A stretch of 63,253 bases of DNA, counting the filler, from Intoshia linei (taxonomy: Eukaryota; Animalia; Orthonectida), in the NCBI GenBank assembly GCA_001642005.1. It is 3 parts of 3 records of this genome, joined end to end, with 100 filler letters (N's around TTAATTAATTAA, not from the genome) between each part and the next. Parts side by side here need not be neighbours in the genome. Positions count along the whole stretch, not along the records: positions 1 to 15,486 come from LWCA01000907.1; 2 more parts are not named here. The stretch is one strand, 5' to 3'. Made by a program: the position numbers and the translations under genes. The notes beneath the pieces were generated by a model that had not been told where the DNA came from, did no database searches, and saw nothing but the letters and a program-made list of their open reading frames with translations. Positions 1 to 14,672 of this stretch are shown here, piece after piece (position 1 is the first letter of the stretch; every line of letters starts with the position of its first letter).

Positions 1-1547
1 ATAAATTTTGATCTACAAATATAATTGTTATTAACAAAATGATAGTGTTGTTATAATTATTGGACGGAGTGTATACTTATAATAAGTAGAAATTTTGTAT
101 TATACATATTTAAATTCTAAAACTTTTACATTTTCATGTTTAATTTTATATTTAAACAATTTTAAATTTTATTTTCTTAATAAATTTCTCAGTCTTTTTT
201 TCTTTCTCAAGTTTATCCGACCATCTCATTACATTTTCAACATAACAAAATATTCTATCTTAATTACATTGGTGTTTAAAATGGAAAGTATGAAATATTC
301 AATGAAGCAAACATTATAAGTTTTGAATCAGTTGACATTCGGTGAAGATGTATGTAAGATAAAAACATATTTACAAAAAAGAATGATTTCAAACGGTCTT
401 AATGATATTATGAATCCTGTAGGACATATGGATTCCATATTATGGAACCATCTTTACGTTGTGATTTACAACTCTGCAACTCCACTTCCTGTTCAGTAGA
501 AATATCAGTATCAATGTTAAAATGTATTTTAATGTTGAAACATATTTTTTGTTACATATAAATAAATTATCAACTAATTTGAATTAGAAAATTTTGATAA
601 TTCTTGTGGTTTAAATCTAATGTATTTGATATTGATCAATTTTATTTTGGCATTATCCTTTATTTGATGAATAATTTTTATCTAAATTTTTTGTTTTCAA
701 ACGCATTGTAAATATAAATCAACGATAACATTTTATAGATACTCCAAATTAAATGCATGAGCTCGTTTTCAAATATGAATGTTTTTTAACAATTTTACAT
801 AAATTAAAATATCAAAAACAGTTTTAGCACGATTATGTCATAAAGCTAATACACTCACCTATATATTTTATCATTAAAATAAGCATGATATATTTTATTA
901 TTTTTCTACTTGTTTTATCATTTCAAAATTGCTCTTTTTAGTCTACTCTAGTTATGATATTAAAGAATTTTTTTTAATACAAAATTTGGAATAAGCTCCC
1001 TATTTTACCAAAATTGCTTCTCCCTCTCCAAAGAGGGGTCTCGTACGGTAGATTCGCACTGTCTGCGAGTCTTATTTATCTTTATCTCTGTTCCGGAAAA
1101 AATGACTTGAATAGGTGTTTTTAAAATTTCTGGGATAGTGCGTTTTTAAATGAATTAAATGGTTACATATTTTTAGGATCTTTAAATTTATATCAGGAAT
1201 CTTGATTCAGGATTAAGAGTGACATATTTATTTTACAAGTTAGTAGAAGATTAAAAATAAATGACGGATTAAAGATATTGGAAATCGACAAGTTCAATCT
1301 ACTCAGATACAAATAAGTCGGACAAATAGCAAAACTAATTACAGTGGATAATTAAATAAAATTCGATATTGTCATTATAACGACAAAAGTAATTTAAACT
1401 TATCCATTATCCAATTTTTTGAATCCATGAAGAATCCGTATATTGAATTAACAATTATGAATGGAAAAATGCTTACTATTTGATGTGTAATTTTTAAAAT
1501 TATATATGAATTTGACAATTGTCAAATTGTATTCAATGGTGCAAATA

Positions 1548-2621
1548 CAGTGGTTTCTGTACAATATGAATGTTAAGGAACCAAATATTTAGAATATTCA
1601 TAATAGAGTTGGTTGTACAATATGAATTAGGATAAAAATGTAATAAATATATAAGTATTTATTTTTGCAATGGAAAATAGTTTGTAATTTTTCCATGTTT
1701 ATATTTTTAAAACAGCGCGGAGACTTAGATTTTCCTATTATTACTGGTTTTAATTTTTCTCCTGTCATACCACATGCCAAAAGAAGTGTCAATCTATCTT
1801 ATGAAAATTTTCCACTTGCTCTATCTTTTGTAGAGCAGATGTAAGTTCTGGAAGCAGTTTGTTAAAAGAATAATCCAATTTCATCACAATTAAATATTTC
1901 ATCATTTCTATATTATTCTTATATTATTTCAGAAAATAATTGTTTTCATTCTATTTTAAACTCGCTTACTAATTTTGATTCTCCTACAATTTTTTTTGAT
2001 TTAATGGAATTTCTGGTTAAAAAAGAATTTAACCAACGAGTAGAGGTTGTAAAATCTTTCAAATTCAAAAGACTGGCAATTTCTAGCGCCTTTTCTTTCA
2101 ATATATTGCCACTATATTTAATGTCCGATGACGTTGAAACCAGATACAACACTGATTCAATTTTCATAGATTTCCTTAGTCAAGGTTGTCTCTTCTGATT
2201 CAAATTTAAATTATTCCAATTAAGGATTTCTTGACGATTTTTTAACAATTTATTTACCAAACCAACTGAAATTGAGTGTTTGGTGGCTAAATATTTTTAA
2301 GACCGATTTGAATCTTCGTCAAACAGTTTTATTTTCAATCAATTTTATTTTATCATTTATCGACAAATCTTGTCTTTTTCTCTTCAAATTTAAATTCATA
2401 TTGAATGGTTACTTTTCTGAAATTTGTAAGTCACGTGATAGAAAATGAATACAAATTTATGTTTATTTACACAAATTCAAATTCACAGTTCATATTGAAT
2501 GAAATTCACATTAAAAATTTTTTCTCATAATAAATACTATATAAATCTGACTTATATTTGCATGAAATTTATATAAGCGGAATTCATATTATACAGTATT
2601 CATATGGAACAGAAACAACTA
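1548..2621 (-). mobile_element. Degenerate, internally deleted pogo/Tigger DNA transposon
   Basis: Imperfect ~24-bp TIRs (TA|CAGTGGTTTCTGTACAATATGAAT; reverse complement of right end TA|TAGTTGTTTCTGTTCCATATGAAT) with TA flanks. Broken transposase: CENP-B-type HTH (ILKEKALEIA..FTTSTRWLNSF), FNCDEIGLFF, TLLLACGMTGEKLKPVIIGKSKSPRCFK; stops and frameshifts. Confidence 0.9.
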
Positions 2622-3029
2622 TACTTAAAAACTTGCCATTTAAATAATTGATTGACAAATCGTTAATTTACTGTATAATTGTAAAGTTAAATAAATGTTT
2701 ATGAAATCCATATCCGAGTAACAATGTTTCACATTACAATAAATTTTACTGTAATGAGCTGCATGAAATTATGAATAAACAAAATATAAGCTATACTTCT
2801 CATTGTTATTGTATAATTTATTCTCCATGCACTTGTGTTATTTTGAAATTTAATGAAATGAAAAGTTTCAAGGTCGATTAATTCTTTCATAAGTAATTAA
2901 ATTTACACAATTTAAAATGGTATCATTCCTATTTAAAATTGCAGTAAACCGCATAGTTTCAAATTGAATTATTTGGTAGGTTGTTTCAATATTTATTTTA
3001 TTTGCTGTTTAGATTTTTCATAAATTGCC

Positions 3030-6000
3030 ATGAATCAAGATAAACTTTATGATCCAAAGTTCAATCCGTTCATGCCGGAATTATGTCCTAATGAAAGTAA
3101 TTTTTATCAATTTAACATCGTGTAATATTGTAACCAATTTATATTTGGATAAATTAAAAATTGTCACCTCATGTAGAGTAAATGTACCCTCAAGTTGAGG
3201 GTTGAGGCTCAACTCAAAGTATATCGTTTATATAAATGCATTAATGTAATTGAATTTAATTGTGTTATTTTTGTTGGTATATTGAAAGTTTAATATAATC
3301 CTTAATTATATAATATGCTATGCAATATTTGTTTATAAAAAAACATATACTCTGATACGGATTTTAAAATCATAAATATTATCATAAATTTAAATTTAAA
3401 AAATTATATCTTCAGAGCCAAAACCCCAAATGACCCTTTTTTTTAATAAAAACAGCCCTATAATTTAAAAAAATTTACAGGTGGTACAGTTGTATCCTGT
3501 TAACACACACAAAAGATTTCAATCTGAATAAGTGACGCCTTCACAGTCAAAAAAGCATTTTAGTATTCATATATTTTTTTTCCGAAATATTTTATTAAAA
3601 CAAAAAATGTGAAATAATTAACGGTCCGAAAATTAAAAAAAAAGACTATTCTGATAGAGCTTATTGTGTAAATACAAAATTTCAACCTCAGAAATCTACA
3701 CATTCTCGGTGAAGAATAATTTTTAATATATTATCAACCAATATTTTTCAAATATTTCGATTAAAATAAAAATTGAAAATGTAAATATTGATCCTACAAT
3801 TTCAAAAAAAATGTGCATTGAACGTTTACACATTTCCAAATAAAGAAATATAGATGAAAATCTATTTAATTCATTCGTTCGGAATTTTTTTCATTGCTAC
3901 GCAATTTTTCATTCTCATTTTTAAAACATTTTGTTTAAAATTAAAATTACAACAACGAATTACTGAAAGTAATACAACTTTGTTAATATCATTTTTATAT
4001 TTATTACAATTCTTTGCAATATTGGTAAAATTCACCTGAAATATGTTTATAAAGTACTGATTCCATTAATTATTGATACATAATTGGTAGAATGTATTAC
4101 ACTGTAATTTTCGAAAATCACTAAATTGTATGTTTTTTGACACACCCACTGAAAAGTCTTGCCATCACAGTACTATAATAAAGATTTTCAGTAAGAACCC
4201 AACAAATATACAGTTTGACTATTTTGTTATTTGCTTGGCGCCAAATTTTTAATTGTTTCCAAGTGCCCACCAATGAAAAAAATTATGAGTAACACTGAGA
4301 TAAACTATCCATATTTTTCAAAAAGTGATCAGTTTAATCGGAAAGTACTATATATCCTTGGTATGATATTGTTATCCTGTTTAAATTGATGCAATTATGA
4401 TTATAATACAATAATTATTGAATAATTTGACATTACTGTAAAAAATATTCATAAAAAATTTAGTGTTTATATTCATGTATAATGAACTTTAAGTATATCT
4501 AATGATTTATGTTTGTTTTATTTGGCAATCAGCAATATGAAACTACATATAAATTAAATCATTTTTTAATTATCAAGCTATTTAAAAATAAAAGAAATTT
4601 TTTAAAATGCATAACAATGACGACTTTATAGGTATCCAATGTATTTTTATATTTTTAAATAACCGCATTGTGCAACTGCTCAAATACATGTACATGTAGT
4701 ATAATATTTCTATAAAATATCGGACTTGAAATGAAATTTCTGGTTTTATTTACTTCGCATTTTATTAGAATATAATTTATTTATGATTTTATATATTCCA
4801 TATACTTTATAATAAAACAATTAATGTACAAAGATGTTTTTAAGCATTGACATTGTAGAAATTCAGATCAGAATTATTCCATTATGTAAATAATAAGCTA
4901 ATTTTTGATTTTGATTTTGTGCATTTTCAATTATTATTATTGCTATAACAGCGGTTTTCAACAACACCCAGTTGGTGTCCCTAAACTAAAAAAAAATTAC
5001 ATTTAAAATGCATAATTAAACCTCTACTTCACCAAAAAATGGATATTTGAAAAATTGTGAATTATTAAAATGACAGAATAGAGACGTATACATATATTTA
5101 ATTTTCAATTATAAAGTACCAGAGAGTCGCTGTCAGAGACTATTAAATAGATACATCTAAAAAGTACATAAAGTAAGGAATTAAGCAAATTGTAATACAT
5201 TACTGTAATAATAATATAAATTATACGTTCATTTTTATTTTATTAAGTATTTTGGTAATTTTCAAAATATAATCAGTTCTTTGATATATATAGTTAACAT
5301 AATTATATAAAATTAATTAATTGTGAAATGTTTGTTGGTGCAATTTAAAAATTATTTAATTTGTTAGTAGATTTAATATTTCATTTTTATTCATGTATTA
5401 GTATGAAAATTCAACACAATATGGTTATTTTTCTAATTATTTTGACCGCTTTTAAGGTTAAATATTTTAGCAAAATATTGTATGATATAAGTTATTGATT
5501 TAACCTTTCAAATATAATATTTTATACATTTTTTGATAATGTAGTTAAGGAAATATAGCCGTGTCAACACAGACCCGACTGAAATTGATAGAAATTGACA
5601 TAACTCGAAAAATGTATGTGATTGGAAAAAACAAGTTATACCAGGTTAATCAGCGTATTAAACTTTTACCCTACATATATTTCTTATGTTAAATAAGAAA
5701 ACCTTGCATAGTAGTGATATTATTGTAGGAAAAAATAGGGTTGCATAAAATTGTACACTTAGATAGGCTGACCATATTTTTGTCGTACTAAAAGTAGTAC
5801 TTTTATTGCTTAGAAACAAAATATGTTTTTGATTAATTTTTGATTAGAAAAATGAACATTTAAGTTAAAGTTCAATTTATAAGTTTATTTAGTTTTGAAA
5901 AGTACGTCGAAAGTACGACTTTGGAACAGTGCCAAAACTCGTACTTCTAATCGCACTAACTTAGATGTATATTTATATATTTTTTTTAAGAATACCAATT

Positions 6001-9000
6001 GATTGTTTATAATGCAGGGGTTCCCACTATTTCTTCATCGTGGCTAAGACATTTTTTTGTAAATTACCTGACCGAGAAAAAAACATAATTAAAATAAATA
6101 CTACAAATCTAACATAAATACATTGTATAGTCCTAACTTATATAATATGCTACGCGATTTTTGTTTGTGTGTGTGTGTTAAGCTTTATTTAAATAACTGC
6201 CCGTCTTAGAATTTTTTAAAGATCACATTTCAATTACAGTTTTTTTCGGGACGTATATTAATATGAATTTTCACATCTTACGGGTCAAAAACGCCAGTTT
6301 TCCCTCTTTTTGAAAATCAAACTAGTTGGAGAATTTAAAAAAATTATATCTTCAGGGCCAAAACCCCACATTACCCTTCTTTTTTTAATGAAAACAGCTC
6401 TAGAATTTCAAAAAATTTACAGGTTTTACAGTTGTAGTAGAAGTGAATAGTAACGACTAACAACGCACATTATTATTATATTAACATATTCAGAAGGGAC
6501 AGATTAAGCGGACCACATTTTGGAAAGGTCCTCTCTTTTAATAACGGGTCCATGTTGTTTTTAAGTTTTTTATAGGAGTAATCATATACAGTCTGACCCA
6601 GTGGGGTCATGAGAAATTACACTTTTATTGGAATTATGAAAACTTTAGATTAATTGAATCTTTATTTTGTACAATACTGACTTGACTGTTATGTATTTCG
6701 CACAAACAGCAGCTATTTTTGCCGTGGACTATTTAATTTTATCTATTTTTGAATTGATTTTAAGTTATCAAGGTTGTGATTTATGATAATGCTCATGATT
6801 AAAAAAATATCAGAATGTTATATTGAAGGGTTTCCCACACTTGTTTCACCACGGTAATTTACTATACAATTCCTCACGGACCACTAAAACGACCCTTTTT
6901 AAAATACATGTAAATTTCGAAAAAGTGCCTAAATTAGACATATTTGAAGGTCATTAGAAAACTAAATAAATTAGATATGTGGAGTTTTTATACGTATTTT
7001 GTGGGTTTGGCCGTCAAAATATACGTTTTTGTTGAAGTTAAAATTTACTATAATATTCGTGATTTAAAAATCTGTATCAGAATGTCTGATTTTTAAAATT
7101 TTAATATTTATTTAATTTTTTAAAAAAGGCTAATTTTGGGTTTATTCCGTGAAGGCGCCAATTTAAGAATTTGTTTTTCAAAATGCTGGGACACAGTTTT
7201 CTAATAAAGGGTGACATACAGACACATTCTTAACAACAATGACCTTATATAAGTGAGGATATCGATGATTAATTTGGAAATTTTACATAGTTTTGCATTC
7301 TATAAATGCTGGGGTTCAAATAATAATTAAATTTCTGATTTACATTGCAAAGTCTGCGACGTAACGAAATGCTAAATAAAACTTAATAGCTTAATTTTAA
7401 TTCAATGTTACCTTGTATTTTATCCTTTATATGCTTACTTTTTATTATTATTTATACGTATGCTTAGGAATAAGAAAAGAAAAAAAGCGAATTCATATTG
7501 GAAATGATATTGAATCAATGTTTTCTAAAAAATACGCAAAAGTTTCAGAATCAATAAAATGGCCACACATAAAAATTCCGAATTTTCAAAACTCTGAATC
7601 AAGTTCAAGTGAACGTACCATAAATGTATCATTATCTAACGAAACTAGTAAATCAAATTATGAACCTAATGTTCCGGTAAAATATAATAATTATTTGAGA
7701 TATTTAACTGGTTATTATGACAAAATTAAAGACAATTTTCGAGTCCAGGAAAATCATAATCATACTTCCAAAACCAACGCCAGTGGTGTAGATTTAAAAA
7801 ATGGTGTATCAAATTTTTATCAAAATTTTATAAATTTGGTGAAAAATTACCAAAAAGTATATAAAGAACCAGAAAAAACGTACACTTGTCAAATTCCTAA
7901 TAGTTTAAAAGATTATAAGAAACCTAACGGTACGGTTTGTACTGAAAATTCCGAGTACCTAAAAGAATCCTCTAATCTTTCTTTACATTCATATCCCGTC
8001 ATAGATAATATTAACATTCCAGTTGATTTAAGTATTAAAAAATCAAATGATAAATCCAGCATGAATTTGCAAGTTGTCAACTTTATATCCAAATCTGTAA
8101 AAGATAATGTTCAAATAAGCGATGATGAAGCTTTTAGTAGATTGTATTATGAAAAATGTCAATTGCCATTTAAATACGGATGGCGAAGGTTTATTGTCAG
8201 TATAAACCCAGATAATACTATTTCTAGACCAAACAATCAGTATATTTGCTACATTTCTCAAAAAAAGAAAATTTACAAGTGTATGGATGAATTAAAAAAT
8301 TTGTTTAATTCTTGTAATTCTGTTGAACGTCAAAGTCTTACTCTAGAAAATTTTTCATATGATTTAAAATTTTTTATAAACGGTACTTCATACGCTACGG
8401 AGCATGACATTAATTCTATTAATATTGTTAATGGTGGTTTCGCTCATATGTTAAGCAAGGAAAATGAATATATTGGTAAAAATTCTGATAAAACGGATAG
8501 ACAGACAGTTTGTGGTTTAGAGTTGAATCTTTCTCACATTGTAGATAAAAAGATTCAAATTAAAATTGGTTCTTTGGATGATATTTCTATTATAAATTTT
8601 AGTAAGCAATTGCCACAATATTCTATTTTTAACGAAAATTTCGATTTTACTTCAAATTTGATTCAAATTTACGAGTATCTTTGTGTTTTTGAAATGGAAT
8701 CAATGTCTATATTTTTAAAAAAATATAATATAAATACTTTTGATAAATTCATGTCAATTTTATTTCGTGATTTTGGCGTGGAATCGAATAATAATATTGA
8801 AACAAAAAATGAAAATTTTAAAATTAAATCACATTATTTACAAATACACCCCAAAAATGATGGATATGACGACAATGAATCTACATTATTACAAAGTCAT
8901 TCTGTTTGTATAACGGCTATGGCCCATTTCTGTGTTGCATTTATTCAAGATATCTTTAAAATGGATGAAAACTTTGTTAATTTTAAATGTTGTACTACAC

Positions 9001-12000
9001 CTTTCGTTAAAAATATAAGCCATCTTAATATTACAACTGTTTCAGAGTTTTTCAGATTATTACTAAAATCCCTAAAATGTAAAGATTTTGACTGCAATGG
9101 CTCTATTCAAAACGTTCAATCTCTTTTGGAAGAAATCCCTTTCATGTCTATTCATCCACATTTAAAAGCAGAAATATTTGTTAATATTATTAATGAAATT
9201 TTAACGTATAGTTATACTTCCAATACTATTGAATCATCTATAAACATTGTAAATAAACTTAAAAGGGAGAGCATTGGAGTGGAATGTGAAATTAAAATTT
9301 TACAGAGCAAAATTTTCAAATTGCAGGAAAAGAATTTAACTTCACTGGACAATAACAATAAAGAATCTTGTAGTAATGGTTCTGATTTTATCTGTAGAGA
9401 TTTAAATCTTATTCAAAATGTAATTTTTATAAAAGATTTTTCCAATGTGGTGACCAGAGCCGAAACTAACATGCTCGAATATAAGAATTATTAAAATTTT
9501 AAGTCAAATATTTAAATTTAATGCACAAATTTGTTATATTGAAAAATATTCGTTTTTAATGTGCTTAATTTAAGAAAATTTCGTCAAGGATACTAAAGTA
9601 CGGTAGGCGGCTCACGATAAAGTGGGGTCGATTTAGCAAAATTTTTCCTCAAATAAAATTAACCAAATGTTATTATTTATATACAGGGGTGGCCAAAAGT
9701 CGCTTTACAAAAGGTTCCAACAAAGAAGTATGGACTTATCATACCAGTTGAACGTATCACTCCCCATACACAAATTCCTGGAGAGAGATTGTTGGATTCA
9801 TAGATTAGATGAGGGTTTTCAGTAGAATAGTACACAGCATTATGTAAATTAACGTCCTTGTTATTATTAACCTTTTGTAAAGCGACTTATGGCCACCCCT
9901 GTATGAGCAATTCCATGTAAAAACAAAAAATTTTTATAAAATTAATAACCTGACCCTTTTTGATTTTGACGATATATACATTAAAAAAATCAAGCCATTT
10001 TTCAGTAATATTTAATTTAATTTTCTAATATTCTATAATTTGATGGAATTTTATTTGAACCCCAATAAATAAGGAATATTTTATTCAAACGTTTGGATTT
10101 TTGCAATTAAAAAACTGAAATATTTTTTTTGACAATGTAATTGACTGAGATTTATCTTAGAAATTTAGCTATCACAAATTGTATAAAATTCTTTGTTTGT
10201 CTGTGTGTCATCGTTTATTTTACAGATAACTGTCAATAACTAAAAATTCTAGAATTATAGCAAACTAGATCCCAAGTCAGATTTTTCTGGAGGAGAAATT
10301 AAGATAAATGTCAATCTCAGAAACTTACCTCTTCCCAGTCAAAAACGGCAATATCCTTTTTTATATCCTAGAATTCCTTAGTATACATATTTATGTACAT
10401 GTGTATATTATACATGTAGTTATTTTGATGCTAGTGTTTACTTTCAGCTGTTTAAGGTTATTTGATCCGAAACTGAAAAATAGGTCTTAAAAAAATTTTT
10501 TTTAAAAACATTGCATTCTGGATTTTAAATTTTAAGTATTAATTTAAATTTGCATTAAATACGACTGTAATATTTCTGTCTACATTTTTGTACAAAATTA
10601 CTCTAAACTCTTATTGCCCACTTTCTGAAATAAACCTTTAAATCAGGTTTCTTCCCCTTTTTTAAATTTGCACTCTGTAAAAAATAAAAACTGATACCTT
10701 CAAATTCAATGTAAAAGTTGTATGTTATTGACATTTTTAAAAACCACCCTGTATCAAACATAATCAATAAATGGTAATTGTATTTGATAAGATTTAAATT
10801 CACTTATTTGATCGACAAAGTAAAAAATTAATTATATTTCAAATTTAAAATATAATTAATTTTTTTACAAAATAATTTTTCTAGCACCCTTAGGAGTGCT
10901 ATCACACAGTTAAAAAAACTTTGCTCTAAAGCTTGGTAGAATAAATAATAGCTTAATAATAACGCCCTAACCAATAATGACAATCTCATTTGAAATATCT
11001 ATAATATTTTTAGACTAAAATTTGCGACATGGACAAAGACAAATCATATAGATTACAAATGGAATTGTTTATGAATAAGCAAATGAGCCTAAAAAAAAAG
11101 ATAAAAAGATCCCAATTAAATTTTAGAACATTAGTATTGGGTACAGACAGATTTTGTCGAAGTTATCTAATATTCTACTCATTAGACGGATTATTTGTGC
11201 AAGATGTAAAAAATTTAATTTTGAAAAATTGTCCATTAAAATGTACTAAAAAGAAATGGTGCAAAATTTCTACAATTGAATCCCTCATTGATTTAATCAA
11301 ATCATTAAATTTTTATGGAAAATCAGAATACAGCTTAATGAAAAATTTTATCAAAAATTTGGATTTATTAATAGATAAATTAAAATTTGATGATGACGAT
11401 TTAATTGAAATGAAAAATGAAATTATAAAAAGTGAAAACAAAAAAAATGTAAATTTAGAAAATATGGTAAAATCAAAAATTGTGTCAAGTTTTATATCAA
11501 AAGTTTATAAGGATTGTCTTTATAATGCCCATACTTTAAAAAACGAAGAATTGTGTCGACTTTTAGAATGTCATTTGTCTAATGTAAAATTTGAAATTAA
11601 AGAAAATGATACAGTCAATGAAAATGAAGAATTTCTTTGTATAAAAAAGTTTCCTTTTTATATTAATAGTGACTTTTACTATAAATTACATTTTGTCCAA
11701 ACCAATGAAAAACTGGAAGAATTTTATCATAAACTTGTACAGTTCTCTATTATTACAGAGGTAGGAACGTTGTTTTGTTCAAATTAACACAACAGTAAAC
11801 TCTCGAAAAGTAACCACCTTTTTGGAGCAATTAGTCACTTTTCCACCATAGTTAAAATTACAATATCACTATAGTTAAGTCATTATGGTCACTTTTGGGA
11901 GGTGGTCAGTGGTTATCTATACGAAGTCTTTTCGTACGTCTACTGTATTTGTGTTATCTACTTCATATGCAGTTGTTGGAAAATATTGAAATGCTAACAA

Positions 12001-13070
12001 CTTTCAAATGTTATCACACGCATAGTGTTAATCCGATTTTCTATAATATACTTTTAGAGCATTGAAATGAATAAATGTGAATTAGTCAATATATCAAATC
12101 GTGGGAATAGTGAAGAATGGCTTAAAAACAAACTTTTACTTATTTTTAACAAAATTAATTATCGGTTTATTTCAAAATCTTTTAACAGGTAAACTTAAAT
12201 ATTTAATACTGTATATTTAACGTATGGCTTTGAAAAAATATTGTAAATGACAAACTTTTCAGAGTCTGTTATTTTGAACATTGAAATTGATAATTTCTAT
12301 TTAGATATTCCAAAAAATCTACGAATGCTTCAACCACTTCATGTGGCTCTTTGTGGCAAGATTCAGTCAACAAATCCACCTCCATGTCTCAATTGGTTTT
12401 AGCTTTATTAGTTATAGAATCACATATTGAGTGGCAAGTGTCAATTATACAAATGATTTGCCAGTTGTGTGGAAAAAGTGGAGGTAAAAATGATTTAATC
12501 ACCTGTAATTTATGCAATCACGGGTATCATAAATTTTGTTTCAAAACTGTTCCAGAAAATACAAAAGGGGAATGGATTTGTTATACCTGTCAAAGTCAAA
12601 TTCCAAAATGCCGCAAGTGTATGCGTTGTGGAGGTAGTAAGAAAAAAATGGCAAAATGTAAATCGTGTCAAAACAAGATTCATTACAATTGCGCAATCTC
12701 TGAAAAACCTACAAAAAATTGGTTTTGTGGGGGATGTTTATATAATACCAATTTTAATGAATTGTTTAAAACTATACTCAACAAATTAAAAAAGAATAAA
12801 AATTCATGGCCTTTTCTAAATCCTGTAGATACTATCAAATTTCCATCGTATTTAAAGATAATTACGAAACCTATTGATTTTAGACAAATTGATTGTAATA
12901 TTACCCAAAAAAAGTACCTCACTCCTGTTCAATTCAAAAATGATATTTATCTTGTTTTTGATAATTGTGGAAAATTTCATAAAGATGATTCAAGCATTTA
13001 TTCATCATGCATTACTCTTCGAAAATTATTTAATACACTATGGAACCAGCATATGCACCACGTATCTTAA
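3030..13070 (+). CDS. BAZ2B: BAZ2/Toutatis-family ISWI accessory subunit (MBD/TAM-DDT-WHIM1/2/3-PHD-PHD-bromodomain). Exons 3030-3096 (tentative), 7468-9419, 11014-11760, 12058-12188, 12305-13070
   Basis: MBD-like LPFKYGWRR..ICYIS..LTLENFSY; DDT-like LIQIYEYLCVF; WHIM1 IPFMSIHPHLKAEIFVNIINEIL; LGTDRFCRSY; WCKISTIESLIDLIKSL; two C4HC3 PHD fingers; bromodomain SWPFLNPVD..YLKIITKPIDF. All junctions are GT-AG and phase-compatible (1,0,0,2). The first exon is inferred only from ATG plus a phase-1 donor. Confidence 0.9.
3299..3905 (+). mobile_element. Non-autonomous Helitron family copy (5' part)
   Basis: Starts A|TCCTTAATTATATAATATGCT; internal sequence closely matches copies at 43062, 46784, 53059 and 58593. 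Confidence 0.75.
6131..6436 (+). mobile_element. Non-autonomous Helitron family copy (5' part)
   Basis: TCCTAACTTATATAATATGCTACGCGATTTTTGTTTG(TG)n start shared with other copies. Confidence 0.75.
9684..9901. mobile_element. Tc1/mariner-type MITE in a BAZ2 intron
   Basis: Near-perfect ~31-bp TIR CAGGGGTGGCCA(A/T)AAGTCGCTTTACAAAAGG flanked by TA on both sides. Confidence 0.9.
11793..11945. mobile_element. pogo/Tigger-like MITE in a BAZ2 intron
   Basis: CAGTAAAC...GTCTACTG|TA termini with internal inverted motifs (ACCACC/GGTGGT). Confidence 0.55.
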
Positions 13071-13819
13071 GATTTCCTTCTAATTTGTGCATATTTAATT
13101 ATTCTGTGTAAATTTAGTTGTACTTAAATTAAAATGTTTTTATTTTAATTTGTAAATCCATTTGTATTATATTAGAACAATAGTTCATGGACCCCTTACC
13201 TTCCAAAACATATGTCTAGTGCCGTGAGATTCAAATAAAATATGAAAAAATTTTTATCAACTTTTTTTTATTTCAATATTTATCTGAATGCCTATACGAT
13301 CGCTACATTGTTATGTCGAAAACCCCACATTTATTCCACCATTAATAAAATTTACAGTTCCTAGGGTGTTAATAAAAAATACCCATTCAAAAAACGACTT
13401 TTATCGTCTTTTTTTTGAAAAATCCATTTAATCAAACCACAATATAAAAAATCCAATTTTAATAGCCTTTAAGGAAAAAACGATTTTACCAAATTTTTAA
13501 TTTTTTTATATTTCCTTTGGGGTCCAAGGAAATAAATATTTTGAAATTTGGGTCCGTACTCTATTTGAATCGGGAACCACTGTGTTAGAACAACGTTCAT
13601 CGATTTTACTAATTTTTCATTATTATTATATTTATAATTTTGTACGTTTTTATGAATATTTTATGGGATTTTTAAAAAATGTTAGAAAAAATCACTCCCT
13701 TGAAAACTTTTTCTTCGAAATCTTTAAAAATAATACAAAAAATATTCCTTTAAAAGCCCTACAAAATGTTTACTGTCATTAAAGAAACCACAAAAATATT
13801 ATAATTAATTAAATGTTAA

Positions 13820-14327
13820 CCTTTATCCTGCCAATGGAATATTTTTTAAGGTACAATATAAAGTACATTATTGTCTTTACAATACATTTAATCAAATTAA
13901 TCGAACACCCATCGTATCGTCTATGACCTCTAAATTGGTTCGTGTTTCAGAGAGTCAAGAAAATTTATAGATTTTCAGTCCCATTTTCAATTTGAAATTT
14001 TTCAACAACACTGGCTCGGTCACATATTATTTATTATACTTTAATAGTAAAATAAACAAAATTACTGAATCAAGGTAAGTACAATAAGCTAATAAAAATC
14101 AATGTTCCCAAAATAGAGGCTTCCTAGTAATTTTGATTATTGTTATATTTTAATTTTGAATTATTATTTATTAAATTATTTTAATTAAAAACTATTACCT
14201 AAATAAAGTCACGCGTGTAACCCCATTTTCAGAGGTAGTCCTAGCACAGTAATTTTTTGAATATATCTTACTTATATATAAATCAATAGTACTTGCAACC
14301 ACGGCAACTATTAACGGCAGGATAAAA
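13820..14327. mobile_element. piggyBac-like MITE
   Basis: TTAA|CCTTTATCCTGCC ... GGCAGGATAAAA|TTAA: short TIRs with TTAA on both flanks. Confidence 0.65.
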
Positions 14328-14672
14328 TTAATCAGCCTTAATAGTAAATATATTTTTAAATATTCACACTATGAAGGATAATAAATTTTATAATTATCTC
14401 AAACAAAATTTTGACCCGAGCAAGAAATATAGTAAAAGCTTTTCTATTTTATTATCTTTTATACATTAAAAAGTAATTAATTAAAAAACTGCGAATATTT
14501 TTACGACACTTTTCGAGTAGTTAAAATAAACTAAGTAAAAGAATGGCGAAGCAAAGTTTATTATTGATGAGTCCATATCAGCTTCGTAAATTCTAATATA
14601 TACATTGGATTAAATAAAAACAATATTTTATACAAATCATTAAAACAGTGAAAATATAAATAGTAAACATGT

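Noticed and set aside
95-520. Slightly coding-like stretch at the window start (minus-strand pieces such as EVELQSCKS and ENVMRWSDKLEKE)
   Set aside because: Stops in all frames, no consistent splice model and no recognisable family.
5766-5958. Possible MITE with AAAGTACG subterminal repeats and ACTTAGA flanks
   Set aside because: TIRs too degenerate to assign a superfamily.
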